DNA from: an uncultured Verrucomicrobiales bacterium
Lineage (GTDB): Bacteria; Verrucomicrobiota; Verrucomicrobiia; Limisphaerales; UBA1100
Assembly: GCA_913041895.1 (NCBI GenBank)
Contig: CAJWKQ010000002.1
Coordinates: 1-48,834 of the forward strand
Length of the DNA: 48,834 nt
Reading direction: 5' to 3'
The notes under the pieces: model-generated
Databases searched by the model: none
What the model was told of the DNA's origin: nothing
What the model saw: only the letters and a program-made list of their open reading frames with translations
Program-made: the position numbers and the translations under genes
Shown: positions 47,270 to 48,834 of the stretch, piece by piece
Numbering within the stretch: the stretch's first letter is position 1
How the letters are laid out: every line of letters starts with the position of its first letter

Positions 47270-48828
47270 GGGCCAAACAAGCCTCCATCATCTTCTTTAC
47301 GCGGTTGATTCAGATTAAAGTCAAGCTTCTCAAAAACTGCCTGATTGAGGACTGCTTCCCCAAAAACAGGACTCTTAACTTTAACCGTTTTATCCCCCCA
47401 AGATAGCAACTCTGCATTTAATCGTCCGCCTTTAGCCATCAGGATTTGAACTTCTTCGTCCTTTGGGGTTGGAGCCTTTGCCTGATTATTAAAAATTAAT
47501 GTACGCATGTTGGAAACCGGCAAAGGCACATCACCAAAATTAGTCGTAAAGATTAACTTATCTCCATCTATACGTTTGGCTTTCCCTGAGATACTGTCTT
47601 TATTAGAAAAAATCACAAAATCTTCCTTTCCATTACCCAGTTTCGCCGAATCACTCTCGGGCAAACTGCCATTCCACTCGGTAATACGAATATCTCCAAG
47701 ACGCATTGCACTGTTGTTTCTTGAGGTGAAAAGCAAACCTTTTCCTTTACCAGCAAAGGGCCTCGAATCTTCCCACTTACGAATTAACCTACCGTTCACC
47801 GCAACTGCTATTTGTTTAGCCTCTTTGTTAACAAACATGGTTACTTGGCATTTTTTCTTCCCAGACAACTGTGAAGGAGTATTGCCTAAGTTCGATGTGC
47901 TGCCATTTTGAATCCGATATAGATATACATTATTCTGATCAATTCGAAGACTATAGCTATTACCCGAGTACTCATTATTTATCTGATCAGCAAAAATATT
48001 TACCCCTAGGTTGAAGTATCCTGTCCACTGTAAATCAAAATGCAAAGCGCAACGTTCTGGTAAATCCAAATCCTTGCGACCCAAAATAGGCCCGCTACTG
48101 GCGCATATAAAAGCGTTATTAGCATACCTCCAAGCACCCTGATTCCCTGCCGCACCCAACTTGACTCTCCCAGCCCCACGCACCAACCCCAGCACTGCCA
48201 ATGCCCGCTGCCTATCACCTCTTACTTCAACATTGTTTCTGTTTTTATCAGCCATAAGCTTAAGTGCTTGCCCCGTATTACGATTACCTGTCATCCAACC
48301 ATCGGGGCCATCTTGCGGTCCCTCATAAATCACTCTTTCTGGTTTAATTCCTGGCTCAATTGACCGAACAAATTTTCTGGAAATCTTAAGCTTCCCTCCA
48401 TACCAAGTATCAAGAGTCAAAACAGTTTCACTTAAACCCGTGAGTTTACCATTCAAACGTCCTCCACTTACAAGTGAAACCACACAATCTTCAGGCTCTG
48501 AAACCACTGATTGAACTGCTTCAAGCTGTATTGAGGAAACATCCTTAGCGACAACTTGGACCGGCTCTGAAAAAGAAGGATGGCGCCACAGCAAATACCC
48601 ATCTGTAATCCCACGAAATCGTCCAGAAATTGAATCTCCATTTAAAAATTTAAGTCGATCAGCCCGTTTTTTATTATTGTTTTCTAAGGGCTTGGCGGGC
48701 TGAGTCGTTCTAGATACGTTGAGTGACTTAACAGGCCCAAGTTCACCTAGCACAGGCTTTTTATCTTCTGCCACTAAGCATAATGAAATAATAGATGCAA
48801 ATAACAGTGACAATAATCTAACGTTCAT
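47266..48828 (-). CDS. secreted hypothetical protein, paralog B of a tandem pair
   Basis: 520 aa with signal peptide MNVRLLSLLFASIISLCLVA. Same architecture as 45728-47269. The stop overlaps the downstream start by 4 nt. Confidence 0.7.
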   Translation of the reverse strand: MNVRLLSLLFASIISLCLVAEDKKPVLGELGPVKSLNVSRTTQPAKPLENNNKKRADRLKFLNGDSISGRFRGITDGYLLWRHPSFSEPVQVVAKDVSSIQLEAVQSVVSEPEDCVVSLVSGGRLNGKLTGLSETVLTLDTWYGGKLKISRKFVRSIEPGIKPERVIYEGPQDGPDGWMTGNRNTGQALKLMADKNRNNVEVRGDRQRALAVLGLVRGAGRVKLGAAGNQGAWRYANNAFICASSGPILGRKDLDLPERCALHFDLQWTGYFNLGVNIFADQINNEYSGNSYSLRIDQNNVYLYRIQNGSTSNLGNTPSQLSGKKKCQVTMFVNKEAKQIAVAVNGRLIRKWEDSRPFAGKGKGLLFTSRNNSAMRLGDIRITEWNGSLPESDSAKLGNGKEDFVIFSNKDSISGKAKRIDGDKLIFTTNFGDVPLPVSNMRTLIFNNQAKAPTPKDEEVQILMAKGGRLNAELLSWGDKTVKVKSPVFGEAVLNQAVFEKLDFNLNQPRKEDDGGLFGP

Positions 48829-48834
48829 AAATTG

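Overview
This 48.8 kb chromosomal window is almost entirely minus-strand; only two confident genes are on the plus strand. The gene content suggests a PVC-superphylum organism, probably Verrucomicrobiota-like. That inference rests on RAFTL(V/I)ELL-type prepilin leaders, DUF1080 proteins and large TPR or secreted paralogs.

Most of the window is ordinary:
- **Housekeeping and metabolism:** thiC, uvrA, an SDR oxidoreductase, a UxaA-family dehydratase, an orphan ABC ATPase, tRNA-Arg(ACG) and tRNA-Leu(UAA).
- **Envelope defence:** an alpha-2-macroglobulin/PBP1C pair with an intact CxEQ thioester.
- **Regulation:** a Ser/Thr kinase divergent from an ECF sigma factor.
- **Small catabolic operon:** RidA, a DSD1-like PLP enzyme, an M19 dipeptidase and an esterase.

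The standout is a roughly 18 kb type IV filament locus at 8737-27057. Its order is PilB/GspE, PilT, a second PilB/GspE, PilC/GspF, a BrnT/BrnA toxin-antitoxin pair nested in the operon, then six pilin-like genes. Their N-termini follow the canonical GspG-(G2)-H-I-J-K order, but the H/I/J/K-like proteins are 401, 645, 438 and 1906 aa. That is several-fold larger than classical minor pseudopilins. No secretin, alignment-complex or prepilin peptidase gene is visible in the window.

I read this as a poorly characterised giant-tip pilus or pseudopilus cassette. It may correspond to the function-unknown 'Verru_Chthon cassette' families, which I recall from memory and have not verified.

Secondary oddities:
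- a G9 homopolymer inside a pilin gene;
- a poly-proline tail on PilT;
- a G+C-rich triple-hairpin island in the 640 bp kinase/sigma intergenic region;
- a tRNA-Leu ending 7 nt before the RidA ATG;
- G1-U72 wobble pairs in both tRNAs;
- a tandem pair of roughly 515 aa secreted paralogs.

I saw no CRISPR array, transposase or integrase. All homology calls come from reading motifs by eye and need HMM or BLAST confirmation.
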